DNA of 33,595 nucleotides from a virus (IMGVR_UViG_3300003971_000012:1-33595), one strand, 5' to 3'; shown: positions 15,694-25,891, counted from the stretch's first letter. The notes: a model not told the origin generated them from the letters alone. Program-made: numbers and translations.

Positions 15694-15936
15694 ATGAAAC
15701 TCAAGGCAATCGATCAGGTGCACGTCAGTGCGGTGAAGGCGGACAGCCTCCAGCCTGGCGAGGTGTTCGAAGTCAGCGCCGTCGCTGGTCTGGAATTGCT
15801 CGCCAAGCGCCCCGGCACGTTCGAACTGGTCGAGGATGATGTCGAGGAAAAGGCTGAGCCTGCTCCTGGCAACAAGGCTGAAGGCGCGGCTCCCGCGAAC
15901 AAGGCGATCACTGGTCGCAAGGCCAAGGGCAAATAG
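15694..15936 (+). CDS. Small capsid-adjacent protein
   Basis: GGAGG RBS and repeated APxNKA motifs, typical of this position. Confidence 0.7.
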   Translation: MKLKAIDQVHVSAVKADSLQPGEVFEVSAVAGLELLAKRPGTFELVEDDVEEKAEPAPGNKAEGAAPANKAITGRKAKGK

Positions 15937-15975
15937 TCCGAGCAAGGCCGAAAGGCCGCAAACAGGAGAAATATC

Positions 15976-16338
15976 ATGCGTCGTTACAAGGTCACTGTCA
16001 CCACCGCTGCGGACGGTTCGGCAACCGCCTACACCCCGCGCCTCGCTGGCGAGCTGGATGCAATCCACTACGTCAAGACCGACTTCGCCGATGGCGTCGA
16101 TTTCACGATCACGTCGGAAGCGACCGGCGAAAGCCTGTGGACGGACACCAACGTCAACGCTTCGGAAGTCGTTCGCCCGCGTGCGCCGGTTGCCGACCAG
16201 TCTGGCGCGGCTCGTCTCTATGCATCGGGCGGCACTGCGGTTTCTGACCGTATCGCGCTTGCGTCCGATCGTATCAAGATCGTGATTGCTCAGGGCGGCA
16301 ACGCCAAGAGCGGCGTCTTCCACTTCCTCGTCGTCTGA
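15976..16338 (+). CDS. Putative virion structural / head-decoration protein
   Basis: Strong AGGAG RBS, high-expression codons and a beta-rich Thr/Ala sequence. Confidence 0.6.
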   Translation: MRRYKVTVTTAADGSATAYTPRLAGELDAIHYVKTDFADGVDFTITSEATGESLWTDTNVNASEVVRPRAPVADQSGAARLYASGGTAVSDRIALASDRIKIVIAQGGNAKSGVFHFLVV

Positions 16339-16342
16339 TCCG

Positions 16343-16900
16343 ATGCTGACCGCCCTTGAGCCTGCAATCGGTGAGGACATCTTGCCGCTCGCTGCGCTCA
16401 AGGCGCGGCTGCGCATCATGCACGACGATGAAGACGAAGACCTTGAAGCGATGCGCGCTCAGGCGATCGATTATGTCGAGCGCTATTCAGGCGTGTCGCT
16501 TCAGTCGCGGTCATTCCAGATGACCGACAAGCAGTTCGTTCGCGCTATCCCTCTGCTGATCGGCCCCGTCGTGAGCATCGACGCGATCAGCTATGACCAG
16601 AGCGACGGCACGACGGTTGATCTGACCGAGGACGACTGGCGCTTGAGCGGTGGGCATATCCTCGCCGCCGCTGGCACGTCATGGCCTTATGCGAGCGGCG
16701 ACCCCGGTGCGGTTCGTGTCACGTTCACGGCTGGTCTGACCAACGCCCAGGAAGACGCCCCCGCGCTAATCGCGGCTGTATGCCTGTTGGCCGGGCATCT
16801 CTTCGCCAATCGCGAGGCGGTAAACGTCGGCAACATCGTTTCTGAAATGCCGTTCGGTGTTTACGCGCTGGCGGACAGCTACCGGATGCCGGGGCTGTGA
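16343..16900 (+). CDS. Head-tail connector (gp6-like)
   Basis: LKARLRI.HDDED...AVCLLAGHLFANRE. Confidence 0.9.
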   Translation: MLTALEPAIGEDILPLAALKARLRIMHDDEDEDLEAMRAQAIDYVERYSGVSLQSRSFQMTDKQFVRAIPLLIGPVVSIDAISYDQSDGTTVDLTEDDWRLSGGHILAAAGTSWPYASGDPGAVRVTFTAGLTNAQEDAPALIAAVCLLAGHLFANREAVNVGNIVSEMPFGVYALADSYRMPGL

Positions 16901-17217
16901 AAGCGGGAACCCGCGACCGCAAGATCATCATTGAGCGCAAGAGCGTGACGACTGACGACTATGGCAGCGAGGTCGAAACGTGGGCTGGCTACGCAACCGA
17001 GTGGGCGCAGGTCATCTATGGCAGCGGCAAGGAAATGCGGGAAGCGGCACAGTTGCAAGGGTCGCTTCCCGCGACGTTTGAGGTGCTGGCTAACCCGTTG
17101 ACGCTGGCCGTGACCGAGCGCGATCGGATTAACTTCGACGGTGACACCTGGAACATCGTTGCCCCGCCTGCCCGATTGGGTCGGGACGGCGTGCGTATTC
17201 AGGCGGTGAGGGGCTAG
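16897..17217 (+). CDS. Head closure protein (SPP1 gp16-like)
   Basis: MKAGTRDRKIIIER...DDYG...WA. Confidence 0.85.
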   Translation: MKAGTRDRKIIIERKSVTTDDYGSEVETWAGYATEWAQVIYGSGKEMREAAQLQGSLPATFEVLANPLTLAVTERDRINFDGDTWNIVAPPARLGRDGVRIQAVRG

Positions 17218-17219
17218 GC

Positions 17220-17630
17220 ATGGATCTGCAAGCCGCCTTTCGCGCCCGATTGCTGGCGAACAGCACGATTGCGTCGCTGACCGGCGGGCGGGTGTCATGG
17301 GGCGGGCGTCCGCAATCTGCGGCGCTTCCGGCTGTGGTGCTGACCAAGGCCGCACCGGGGCAGGACTGGACGCACGGCGGGACGGACGGGCTTGTTCGAC
17401 CTTGGGTGCAGATCGACATCTGGAGCGCAACGCAGCCGAGCGGTGCGGCTATTGCGGCGGCGGTGCAGGCTGAAATGGAACGTCTAGACGCCACCACGGT
17501 GGAGGGCTGGACCTTTGCAGCGCCGGGGCAGATCGTCGGCGAGCAATGGCCGGGGCCGGAAGATTTGGTCGGCGGTGGCACGGCATACCGGATTATTCAT
17601 GACTATCGCTTTTGGGCGCGGGCAGCATGA
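17220..17630 (+). CDS. Tail terminator (DUF3168-like)
   Basis: GRVSWGGRPQ...LPAVVL...VQIDIWS. Confidence 0.85.
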   Translation: MDLQAAFRARLLANSTIASLTGGRVSWGGRPQSAALPAVVLTKAAPGQDWTHGGTDGLVRPWVQIDIWSATQPSGAAIAAAVQAEMERLDATTVEGWTFAAPGQIVGEQWPGPEDLVGGGTAYRIIHDYRFWARAA

Positions 17631-18094
17631 TCGAAAAGGTCGATGGGTTGGCCGCGCTGGACTTCGCGCTTGGCGAGCTTCCAAAGGCGACGGCGCGAAA
17701 CACGCTGCGCCGGGTCGGATTGAAGGCGCTGGAGCCTTTTGTGGAGGATTGGAAAGCTGCTGCTCCTGTAGATGCAGACCCAGCGAGCACACCAAAGCGA
17801 CCACCCGGAACATACCGCGACAGCATCCATGCGGGAACTCGGCTTAACAAGTCACAGGCAAAGACGGCGCGACGCGAGGGCAAGAGCTTCGCTGAGGTTT
17901 ATGCCGGGACGAATGACAAGGCGGGCGTGCAGACTGAGTTCGGCAACGCGCAACAAGCCGCTCAACCTGCTGGACGCCCGGCATGGGATGGCGCGCAAAG
18001 CCAAGTGCTTCGCGACATCGGCGAGATGCTGGGTCCAGAAATTGAAAAAGCCGCAGCGCGCATCGCGAAGCGGAAAATGAAATCGGGCAAATAA
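17627..18094 (+). CDS. HK97 gp10-like tail completion protein
   Basis: EFGN...AQPAGRPAWD, with an ATGA-coupled start. Confidence 0.85.
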   Translation: MIEKVDGLAALDFALGELPKATARNTLRRVGLKALEPFVEDWKAAAPVDADPASTPKRPPGTYRDSIHAGTRLNKSQAKTARREGKSFAEVYAGTNDKAGVQTEFGNAQQAAQPAGRPAWDGAQSQVLRDIGEMLGPEIEKAAARIAKRKMKSGK

Positions 18095-18152
18095 CCCGTT
18101 ACGCTGGCCCGGCTCGGGCGAATTTCTACATCGTTGAACAGGAGATACGGAA

Positions 18153-18581
18153 ATGGCAGTTGCCGCTTTCGGTGCCGAGCTGTGGGTTGACAACAGCGGC
18201 GGCACCTTGACCCAGATTGGTGAACTTCTTTCGATCACGTTGCCGTCGCTGACGCGCGCGACGCTCGACACCACCAACCATGCGACGACGAACGGAATCC
18301 AGACGTTCATCGGTTCGGGCATTGCTGATCCTGGCGAACTGTCCGCAACGATCCATTACGTGCCGGGTTCGGCTTCGGATGACCTGCTTCTGGAGGCTGT
18401 CGCTTCCGGCACCGTCCGTTCGTTCAAGGGCGTAGCCAACGCGTCGTCTGGGCAGGAAGGTGTGGCTGGCGAGGGTATCGTGACCGGCTACGCTCCGGAC
18501 AGCCTGGAAATCGACGGCAAGCAGACCGCGACCGTCACGATCAAGGCGAGCGGTGCCCTCACTCAGGCGACGGAGGCCTAA
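18153..18581 (+). CDS. Tail tube (major tail) protein
   Basis: IGEL.SI..P...D.T...DPGE...ATVTIKASG, with a strong RBS. Confidence 0.85.
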   Translation: MAVAAFGAELWVDNSGGTLTQIGELLSITLPSLTRATLDTTNHATTNGIQTFIGSGIADPGELSATIHYVPGSASDDLLLEAVASGTVRSFKGVANASSGQEGVAGEGIVTGYAPDSLEIDGKQTATVTIKASGALTQATEA

Positions 18582-18949
18582 TGCTTCCCGACAACCCCCT
18601 ACGCGGCGAAGCGTCGGTCGAGATCGGCGGCACCGCCTATCGGCTGACCTTCGACGTGTCGGCGTTCATCATCGCACAGAAGGCGACCGGCAAGAAGCTA
18701 CAGCCGCTCGTCCAAGCCTTTTCCGAAGACCTTGACGACCTTGTGTCGCTGTCTGCCCTGTTCTGGGCTGGGCTGCAAAAGGCGCACAAGGTCACGATGG
18801 CAGAAGCCGAAGACCTGATGTCGGTTGCGGGCATTAACAAGGTCCGCACCGTCATCGGTGAAGCGCTGGCGGCTGCGTTCGATGTCAAAGGGGAGGATGG
18901 GGACTCGTCGGACCCTCTGACGCCGGGGGAGACCCCTGGGACTGGCTAA
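18581..18949 (+). CDS. Tail assembly chaperone (G-like)
   Basis: NPLRGEAS...YRLTFD...WAGLQ, located between the tube and tape measure genes. Confidence 0.8.
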   Translation: MLPDNPLRGEASVEIGGTAYRLTFDVSAFIIAQKATGKKLQPLVQAFSEDLDDLVSLSALFWAGLQKAHKVTMAEAEDLMSVAGINKVRTVIGEALAAAFDVKGEDGDSSDPLTPGETPGTG

Positions 18950-19200
18950 CGCTGTTTGAGCAATGGTGTCAGGCGGGGTGGCGTCCCGATGACTTCTGGC
19001 ACCAGACCCCGCGCCTGATCGGGCGGGCAATCAAGGGCTATCAGGCCCGCGTGGACATCGCGGCGGTATTGGCGGGCCACAAGCCGAGCAAGGCCAAGGC
19101 CCGACCGCAAGGTGCGAAACAGACCCCTGACCAGATCGCAGCGAACCTGCGGTCATGGGTATCGGCGACGAAGCACCTAGCCCCAAAAAAGAAGGATTAA
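18910..19200 (+). CDS. Tail chaperone -1 frameshift extension (T-like, not in track)
   Basis: The -1 frame reads WDWLTLFEQWCQAGWRPDDFWHQTPR...KKKD* and has no start of its own near its 5' end. Confidence 0.75.
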   Translation, partial: GPSDAGGDPWDWLTLFEQWCQAGWRPDDFWHQTPRLIGRAIKGYQARVDIAAVLAGHKPSKAKARPQGAKQTPDQIAANLRSWVSATKHLAPKKKD

Positions 19201-19204
19201 GCGC

Positions 19205-21475
19205 ATGGCTACAGGCGGTGCCTTGATCGGATCGTTGAGGGTCACGCTCGGCCTGGATTCGGCGCAGTTTGAAGCTGGCACGAAGCGCGCTCGCAATATC
19301 GCCAAGCGCGACGTTGGCCAAATTCAGCAGATCATGGGCGGGGTCAAGGCCGCTTTCGCGGGGCTGGCTACGGCGGCCACGGTCAGCGCATTTGCGGGGG
19401 CAGCAAAGCGCGCGCTTGATTATGCCGGTGGTCTTGGCGAGCTGGCGCAGCAGGCCGGTATCTCGACTAGGGCGCTACAGGAATATAGCGCTATCGGCGT
19501 CGATATCGGCCTGACAAACGACGACGTAGTTGCATCGTTCGCGCGGTTGTCGCGGGCGCTCGGTGAAGCTCAGGACGGCGACAAGGCTAAGTCGGAAACC
19601 TTCCGCCAGCTGGGTATCGACGTTCGCGGCCTGACCGCCGAAGACGCGATGCCAAAGCTGATCGCGGCGTTCGAGAAGATCAAGTCGCCAACCGATCAGG
19701 CGCGACTCGCTACCGAACTGTTCGGACGGTCTGGCGCAAAGTTGTTGCCACTACTCAACATGACGGCGGACGGGTTTGAAAAGGCGCGACTTGAGGCGCA
19801 CGAACTCGGCCTTGTTCTGTCCGATGATGCCGTCGCTAGCGCTGACGCGGCGTCGGACGCCATGGCCAAGCTGTCCAGAGTTGTTGAAGTAAACTTCGCC
19901 GCAGCCATGTCCACTGGAGCGGACGGCACGGCTGCATTTGCGGCTGAACTGGCGCGCATGGTTTCAAGGCTCCCTGACCAGATCAGGTCCATTCAGAAGT
20001 TTACCGCTGCGGCTGCGCAAGGGCTTCGCGTGCTTGGCCCGCTTGGGCAAAAGGCGGCTGATTTCGCCGCGCAGAATGCGACCTATCTGCTTGACGATAA
20101 GAAGTTCACGCAGCTGTTGCGCGATACGCAAAAACGGATTCTGGAAAACCCGGGCGACCAATCGATTGCTGATTTCGGTCGGTTTCTGTCGCGACAGGCG
20201 AAAGACCGCGTTGCCGCACGAAACGCCCCGACTCCGCCCGTTCCCGTAGAAGGGCTTGACCCGCGCACCGATCGCGGCGGCGGTGGTGGTGGCCGCAGCG
20301 GTGGTCGGCCTGAGCGCGACCGGACAGCGGAATATCTCGAACGCTTCAACCGTGAAATGGATGGGCTTCGCGACGATCAGCTGCAACTCACCATCCAGCA
20401 AACCAACTCGCTAGACGAACGCGCGCAGCTCGAAGCGCAGCGGATCACGAACGAGCGAGACGCCTATCTGAATGAAATCAAGCTGCGCTTTGGCAAGGAA
20501 GAACTGACCAAGCTCCAAAAGGATCAGCTTGATGCCGCCGTGAAGCAGAACGCAGCCGATAAGCTGGCGATCATGTGGAACGAGATCAACGCGGACAAGC
20601 TCAAGGAGCAACAGCGCCAGATCGACGCCAGTTTCGATATTCGCGAAGACGCGCTGCGGCTGGAACTCGACGCGGCACGCACGCAGGGCGAGCGACGCAA
20701 CATCGAATTGCGCTTGCTCGATATCGAGTATGAGCGGGAACGTGCGGCGCTGGATCACCTGAAGGCGCTCTATGAACTCGGCAAGGCAACGATGGCCGAA
20801 GTGGACGCGGCTGAAAACCGGGTCAAGGCATCTGAGGCCGCGCGTGGCGGACGGGAAGCGGCAATCCGTCAAAACACGATGGGGCCGATGGAGCAATATC
20901 TGGACAGCCTCCCCAAGAGCGCGGCGGAACTGAACGAAGCTTATCAGCGAGTAGCGGCGGAAGGGCTGCAATCGCTCAACGATGGCATTGTGGACGCGAT
21001 CATGAACGCGAAGTCTTTGGGCGACGTGTTCAAGAATGTCGCGAACCAGATCATTGCCGACCTAATCCGCATCGCCGTTCAAAAGGCGATCACGAACGCA
21101 ATCGGTGGTGCATTCGGCGGGGGGCTGTTTGGTTCGATTGGCAGCCTGTTCGGTGGCGGTGGTGCAGCTTCGATGATGGGCGGAATCTCCAAGGTGAAGG
21201 GACTGGCTAACGGCGGTTCGTTCATGGTCGGCGGCAACCCCGGCATCGATCGCAACATGCTGGCGATCAATGGCATCCCAGCCGTTCGCGTATCAGCAAA
21301 TGAGCGCGTCACGGTGAGCAAGCCGGGGCAGGGCGCGGAGCCGCAGATGGTGCAGATCGTGCCATCACCGTTCTTTGAAGTGGTGGTTGACGGTCGCGTT
21401 GCGAAGACAGGGGGCGGGATGATGCGCAGCCAAACGCAAATGGCGGTGCGTCGCGGTCGCCAGAGGCTCGCATAA
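19205..21475 (+). CDS. Tape measure protein
   Basis: 756 aa, Ala-rich and helical, with an IGSLRVTLGLDSAQF N-terminus and a GLANGG C-terminal motif. Confidence 0.9.
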   Translation: MATGGALIGSLRVTLGLDSAQFEAGTKRARNIAKRDVGQIQQIMGGVKAAFAGLATAATVSAFAGAAKRALDYAGGLGELAQQAGISTRALQEYSAIGVDIGLTNDDVVASFARLSRALGEAQDGDKAKSETFRQLGIDVRGLTAEDAMPKLIAAFEKIKSPTDQARLATELFGRSGAKLLPLLNMTADGFEKARLEAHELGLVLSDDAVASADAASDAMAKLSRVVEVNFAAAMSTGADGTAAFAAELARMVSRLPDQIRSIQKFTAAAAQGLRVLGPLGQKAADFAAQNATYLLDDKKFTQLLRDTQKRILENPGDQSIADFGRFLSRQAKDRVAARNAPTPPVPVEGLDPRTDRGGGGGGRSGGRPERDRTAEYLERFNREMDGLRDDQLQLTIQQTNSLDERAQLEAQRITNERDAYLNEIKLRFGKEELTKLQKDQLDAAVKQNAADKLAIMWNEINADKLKEQQRQIDASFDIREDALRLELDAARTQGERRNIELRLLDIEYERERAALDHLKALYELGKATMAEVDAAENRVKASEAARGGREAAIRQNTMGPMEQYLDSLPKSAAELNEAYQRVAAEGLQSLNDGIVDAIMNAKSLGDVFKNVANQIIADLIRIAVQKAITNAIGGAFGGGLFGSIGSLFGGGGAASMMGGISKVKGLANGGSFMVGGNPGIDRNMLAINGIPAVRVSANERVTVSKPGQGAEPQMVQIVPSPFFEVVVDGRVAKTGGGMMRSQTQMAVRRGRQRLA

Positions 21476-22068
21476 TGGCGTCGGTTGACCTGACCTCGCT
21501 GGACTTCGAGGAAGCGGTCCTCGCCCCGATGCAATTCGGGCGCGTGTTGCGCCCGCAGACGGGCGGGGCGTTGCAGCGGATCGACCGGCTGGGCAATCGC
21601 TGGATGATTACGTGCCGCACGCCGGTCATGCCGATTGAGCCGGAGGGGCGCATCATCGGACAGATGCTTGACCGCGCTGTTCGGGATGGTGGCATTGTCC
21701 GGGTGCGACAGCCCAACTTCGATCCGGGTGCGCCGGGCACGCCTTTGGTCAACGGTGCAGTCACATCGGGCCGCACGGTCGCCATCGACGGCCTGACCCC
21801 GAACTATCCGATCAAGGCTTGGCAGCCGATCAGCTTCGTCACCGGCGGGGTCCGATATTTCGACCGCGTTGAATCGCAGGTGATTGCCAATTCGAGCGGG
21901 CAAGCGACGATCACGCTCTACAACCTGTTGCGCGCACCGCTGGCGAATAACGCGACGGTTGAGCTGGGGGTGCCGTGCATTGAAGGCGTGGTCGAGATCA
22001 CCTCGCCCGCACCGTGGCCCAAAGACCGGATGACCTATTTCGAGTTTACCGTGACGGAGACCAAATGA
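21475..22068 (+). CDS. Distal tail protein
   Basis: Position after the tape measure gene, and the ending FEFTVTE. Confidence 0.7.
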   Translation: MASVDLTSLDFEEAVLAPMQFGRVLRPQTGGALQRIDRLGNRWMITCRTPVMPIEPEGRIIGQMLDRAVRDGGIVRVRQPNFDPGAPGTPLVNGAVTSGRTVAIDGLTPNYPIKAWQPISFVTGGVRYFDRVESQVIANSSGQATITLYNLLRAPLANNATVELGVPCIEGVVEITSPAPWPKDRMTYFEFTVTETK

Positions 22069-22679
22069 ACCGGGTCATTCTCGGCGCAATCGTGCGCGTG
22101 GATCTTCCCGCCCATACCGCATACCTGACCGATGGCGGCTATGTTGTGGTGTCGGGGCAAGCCTACACCAGCGAAGACAGCGTGCTGGGCGTGGTGGATT
22201 CGTTCCAGGCGATGACCGAGGGCGTTGGCGATGAAGCGCCGGCGGGTGTCTTATCGTTCCTTCCGCCCGATGGCGTCGCGGCGTCAACCCTCAACGCGCC
22301 AACCATCCAAGGGTCGCGGGTGCGGGTTTCGATTGTCGAGATCGATCCCGACACGGGCGAGCCGACTGACACTCCTGAACAGATGGTCGATTGGATCATC
22401 GACAACCCGGAACTGGTTTTCGAGGCGGACGGGCGACAGCTGGACCTGAACTGCGTCGCCAATGCCGAGCGGCTGTTTCAGGTCAATCAGGGTAACGCCC
22501 TGTCGCCCACGTTCCACCAGCGTATCTGGCCCGGTGAGAACGGGTTGCGCAATGCGTCGGGCGTGTCGCGCACGGTGACATGGGGCACGGGTTCGGGGCC
22601 GCGTGGTTTGACCTCAAGCATTTTCGGCAATGCCTACGTTCCCCCGAGCGACTTTTCAGAACGATACGCGGAACGGTGA
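22065..22679 (+). CDS. Tail tip / baseplate hub protein
   Basis: Position, the HQRIWPGE motif, and ATGA coupling. Confidence 0.65.
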   Translation: MNRVILGAIVRVDLPAHTAYLTDGGYVVVSGQAYTSEDSVLGVVDSFQAMTEGVGDEAPAGVLSFLPPDGVAASTLNAPTIQGSRVRVSIVEIDPDTGEPTDTPEQMVDWIIDNPELVFEADGRQLDLNCVANAERLFQVNQGNALSPTFHQRIWPGENGLRNASGVSRTVTWGTGSGPRGLTSSIFGNAYVPPSDFSERYAER

Positions 22680-22683
22680 TAGC

Positions 22684-23112
22684 ATGAACATGGCGCATCG
22701 GGCGCAAGCCACCGGCACCGTCATTGATCGGTTCCGGGGCAAGCCTTTTGCATGGGACACGTCAGCTAACTGCATCCACCTGATGCGAGCGCAGGCGGTG
22801 GCGCTGGGTGTTTCCATGCCGGTGGTGCCACGCTTCCGCTCGCACTTCGGCGCGCGCAAGGCTTTGCTGAAAACTGGCTTTGAAACGCTGGAGGCGTGGA
22901 TGGATGCGAAATTCCCGCGCATCGCCCCGGCGCGCATGATTGTCGGGGACGTTGGTATGGTGCCCGGTGAAGCCCCGTTCAATGCGCTGGTGGTGTCGGT
23001 TGGGGGAAGCAAGGTGGTCGGCTGGCACGAGGCTTCGGACGTGCTGGAAGTCATTCAGTTGAGCAAGGCCGATTACGTCGCCGCGTGGGCAGTCGGGAGG
23101 CTTCCGCTTTGA
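22684..23112 (+). CDS. NlpC/P60-like tail tip protein
   Basis: PFAWD..NC...GDVG pattern, in the lambda K-like position. Confidence 0.65.
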   Translation: MNMAHRAQATGTVIDRFRGKPFAWDTSANCIHLMRAQAVALGVSMPVVPRFRSHFGARKALLKTGFETLEAWMDAKFPRIAPARMIVGDVGMVPGEAPFNALVVSVGGSKVVGWHEASDVLEVIQLSKADYVAAWAVGRLPL

Positions 23113-24794
23113 GCAAGGTCTTTAAAGTTATCGGCACGATCGCGGGCATTGTCGCGGCTGGCGCGCTGATTATCGGCACGGGCGGTATCGCGGGCGCAGC
23201 GGCGGCGGCGACGCTCGGTTCGATTGCGGGCGCGGCAACGGCGATTTCGCTGGTGTCTCAGGCTGGCTACGCGCTGACGGTCGCAAAGCCGCCGGGCTAT
23301 ATCGGCTCGCCCGCAGATATTCGCATCGGCGCAGATCAGCAATCGCCGCTCATGGTTGGGGACACCTATTCGGGCGGCGTCATCGTTCACCAGGTCGGTT
23401 ACGGCCCGACTGTTAACGACGTGCCGAACACGCAACTGTTCATGGCGGTGGTCTATTCGGCGGGCGGGCCGATTGAATCGATTGACGCCTATTACACCGA
23501 TTTTGCGTCGGTCAGTTGGGGTTCGGCGTCGGGTGGCATCCGCAACGCAAACGGCTATTTCAAAGACTTCCTTTATGAGAACCACCAGCTAGGCGAGCGA
23601 CCCGAGAGCGCGGCGCTTATCACGCCGTCCGGCTGGGGAACGCCGACCGATTGGGGAACGTCCTATAAGCTGTCAGGCAAGGCGGCGGTGGGGTGGTCGC
23701 TCAAATGGGACAGCAAGAGCGGCAAGTTTGCGTCCGGCGCTCCACAGCTTGGCATTCGTGGCAAGGGCGTCAAATGGTGGGATCCGCGCGACGATGACAC
23801 TTATCCGGGTGGTGCTGGGGACCAGCGCTGGGCAGACCCGCGCACCGACAAGAGCGGGCACGATGGCGCATGGCCCACATGGCTCTACACCGACAACCCC
23901 GGCATCGTTGCCCTTGGCTATGCGCTGGGGCGCTGGGAACGCGATGAGAGCGACACGGACAGCGAATATCAACTGACGTTCGGCGTCGGCATCCCGCAGG
24001 ATGGGATTGTCGTTGACGACTTCATCGACCTGGCGAACCTGTGCGATGAGAACGAATGGACCGTCAACGGGATTCTGTGGGAGCCGGGGGACAAGTGGGC
24101 GAACCTGAAACGTGTTCTTGAGGCGGGCGGCGCGCAGCCGTGTTTCAAGGGCGGTCGGCTGGGGTTGAAGTTAAGCGCCCCGCGTGTGTCACTCGATACG
24201 ATCACCCGCGACGATATCGCAGAGGGTGAATTGCGCGTGCCGGGGTGCCTGCCTTGGCGCGACCGGTTCAACACCGTCATCCCGAAATGCACGTCGCCCG
24301 CGCACAAGTGGCAGTTGCAGCAATCCACTATTGAGCTGACCTCTTCTACCTTTGTTGCGGAGGACGGTGAGGTCAAGCGGGAGGAAATGCCATTCGAGAT
24401 GGTGACGGACTTCAACCAATGCGCCCAGCTAGCGGCTTACAAGCTGTATGATGCGCGCGAGGCCGGGCCGATCACGCTGAGCCTTGGCCCGCGCTTCCGC
24501 TTCTATTCGGGCGGCGACATGCTGGCCGTTGACGATGAACTTGCTGCATATCTGGGCCTGACCACGAACACGCTGGTCATGTTGAGCCGACAGCTCGATC
24601 CGGCGACGATGACTGTCACGGCCAACTTCGTAACTGAGGATAGCGACAAGCACACCGCCGCGCTCGCCGCGACGGGGGCCGCGCCTGATTCCATCACGAT
24701 CCCGACGACTGCGGATTTGGACGGGGTGGCAGCGCCGCTGTTGCCACCAAGTGATTACGACGGCGGTGATGCGACGACGGAGGCGGATGAATGA
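23109..24794 (+). CDS. Central tail tip / host-specificity J-like protein
   Basis: Hydrophobic Gly/Ala N-terminus, KGVKWWDPR and TDNPGIVAL. The TTG start overlaps the upstream stop. Confidence 0.75.
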   Translation: MSKVFKVIGTIAGIVAAGALIIGTGGIAGAAAAATLGSIAGAATAISLVSQAGYALTVAKPPGYIGSPADIRIGADQQSPLMVGDTYSGGVIVHQVGYGPTVNDVPNTQLFMAVVYSAGGPIESIDAYYTDFASVSWGSASGGIRNANGYFKDFLYENHQLGERPESAALITPSGWGTPTDWGTSYKLSGKAAVGWSLKWDSKSGKFASGAPQLGIRGKGVKWWDPRDDDTYPGGAGDQRWADPRTDKSGHDGAWPTWLYTDNPGIVALGYALGRWERDESDTDSEYQLTFGVGIPQDGIVVDDFIDLANLCDENEWTVNGILWEPGDKWANLKRVLEAGGAQPCFKGGRLGLKLSAPRVSLDTITRDDIAEGELRVPGCLPWRDRFNTVIPKCTSPAHKWQLQQSTIELTSSTFVAEDGEVKREEMPFEMVTDFNQCAQLAAYKLYDAREAGPITLSLGPRFRFYSGGDMLAVDDELAAYLGLTTNTLVMLSRQLDPATMTVTANFVTEDSDKHTAALAATGAAPDSITIPTTADLDGVAAPLLPPSDYDGGDATTEADE

Positions 24795-25891
24795 TCGTCA
24801 AGTTCCGTCTGCGCCGCGATACCGCTGCGAATTGGACATCGACCAATCCGGTTTTGGCATTGGGCGAGCCGGGGCTGGAGACCGATACGCAGCGGTGGAA
24901 GTTCGGTGACGGTGTGACTGTATGGGCGAGCTTGCCCTATGCGCGCGGCGCGGTGGCATGGGGGCAGATCACCGGCACGCTATCGGATCAGGCCGACCTG
25001 CAGTCCGCGCTCAACGCAAAAGAGCCGACGATCGCAGCCGGAACGACCGCGCAATACTATCGTGGCGACAAGACGTTTCAGACACTCAACGCGGCGGCGG
25101 TCGGTATCACGGCGGCAGCGCTGACAAAGACCGACGACACGAACGTCACGCTGACGCTGGGCGGCTCGCCTTCGACTGCATTGCTGGCGGCGGCGTCGCT
25201 GTCCTTGGGATGGACGGGGCAGCTTGCGGTCGCGCGGGGCGGGACGGGCGCCAGCACTTCGACGGGCAGCGGTGCGGTGGTGTTGGCAACCTCGCCGACC
25301 ATTGCCAGCCCGACATTCTCTGGAACGGTGCAGGTTGGCACCAACCCCGGCTTTGGAACCTTGCGCGTCGGGGCCGGGGCGCAGGCCCTTTATGTCGAGG
25401 GTTCGAGCCTATCGAATGGTTCATGGCTAAGCACTTTTGAAACCGGCTCAGTCACCGGCTCCGCATTCCCTGCGCGCTATACTGGAACGACAACCGGCAA
25501 CCTGACGCTTCAGCTCCAGCAGAACGGGAATGGCGCGGGGCTTGTTGATATTTACGGGGCGGGGACGGGCGATGTCGCGCTGCGTCTCGGTGTGTCAGCA
25601 GGCACAACCTATTGGTCGGCTGGCATCGACAATAGCGACAGCGACGCCTTCGTCATCGCAGGATTCAGCTTGGGGACTGGCAACGGCCTTCGCATTGACG
25701 CCAGCACTAAGGCTGTGACGACCTACGGCGCGCTTTTCGTTGGGTCCGACACGCTGCGAATCACTACCGAAAAGACGCCCGCCAGCGCGACCGCGACCGG
25801 CACGAAGGGCGATATCTGCTGGGACGCAAGCTACCTCTACATTTGCACTGCCACGAACACATGGCGTCGCATCGCGCACGCGACCTGGTGA
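24791..25891 (+). CDS. Tail fibre protein with Mtd-N-like anchor
   Basis: LRRDTAANWTSTNPVLALGEPGLETDT...KFGDG..W..LPY, and C-terminal GDICWDASYLYICTATNTWRR. Confidence 0.85.
   Translation: MIVKFRLRRDTAANWTSTNPVLALGEPGLETDTQRWKFGDGVTVWASLPYARGAVAWGQITGTLSDQADLQSALNAKEPTIAAGTTAQYYRGDKTFQTLNAAAVGITAAALTKTDDTNVTLTLGGSPSTALLAAASLSLGWTGQLAVARGGTGASTSTGSGAVVLATSPTIASPTFSGTVQVGTNPGFGTLRVGAGAQALYVEGSSLSNGSWLSTFETGSVTGSAFPARYTGTTTGNLTLQLQQNGNGAGLVDIYGAGTGDVALRLGVSAGTTYWSAGIDNSDSDAFVIAGFSLGTGNGLRIDASTKAVTTYGALFVGSDTLRITTEKTPASATATGTKGDICWDASYLYICTATNTWRRIAHATW

Noticed and set aside
13942-16419. Long antisense ORFs over the protease, capsid and neck genes
   Set aside because: They arise from codon bias on the coding strand and show no recognisable domains.
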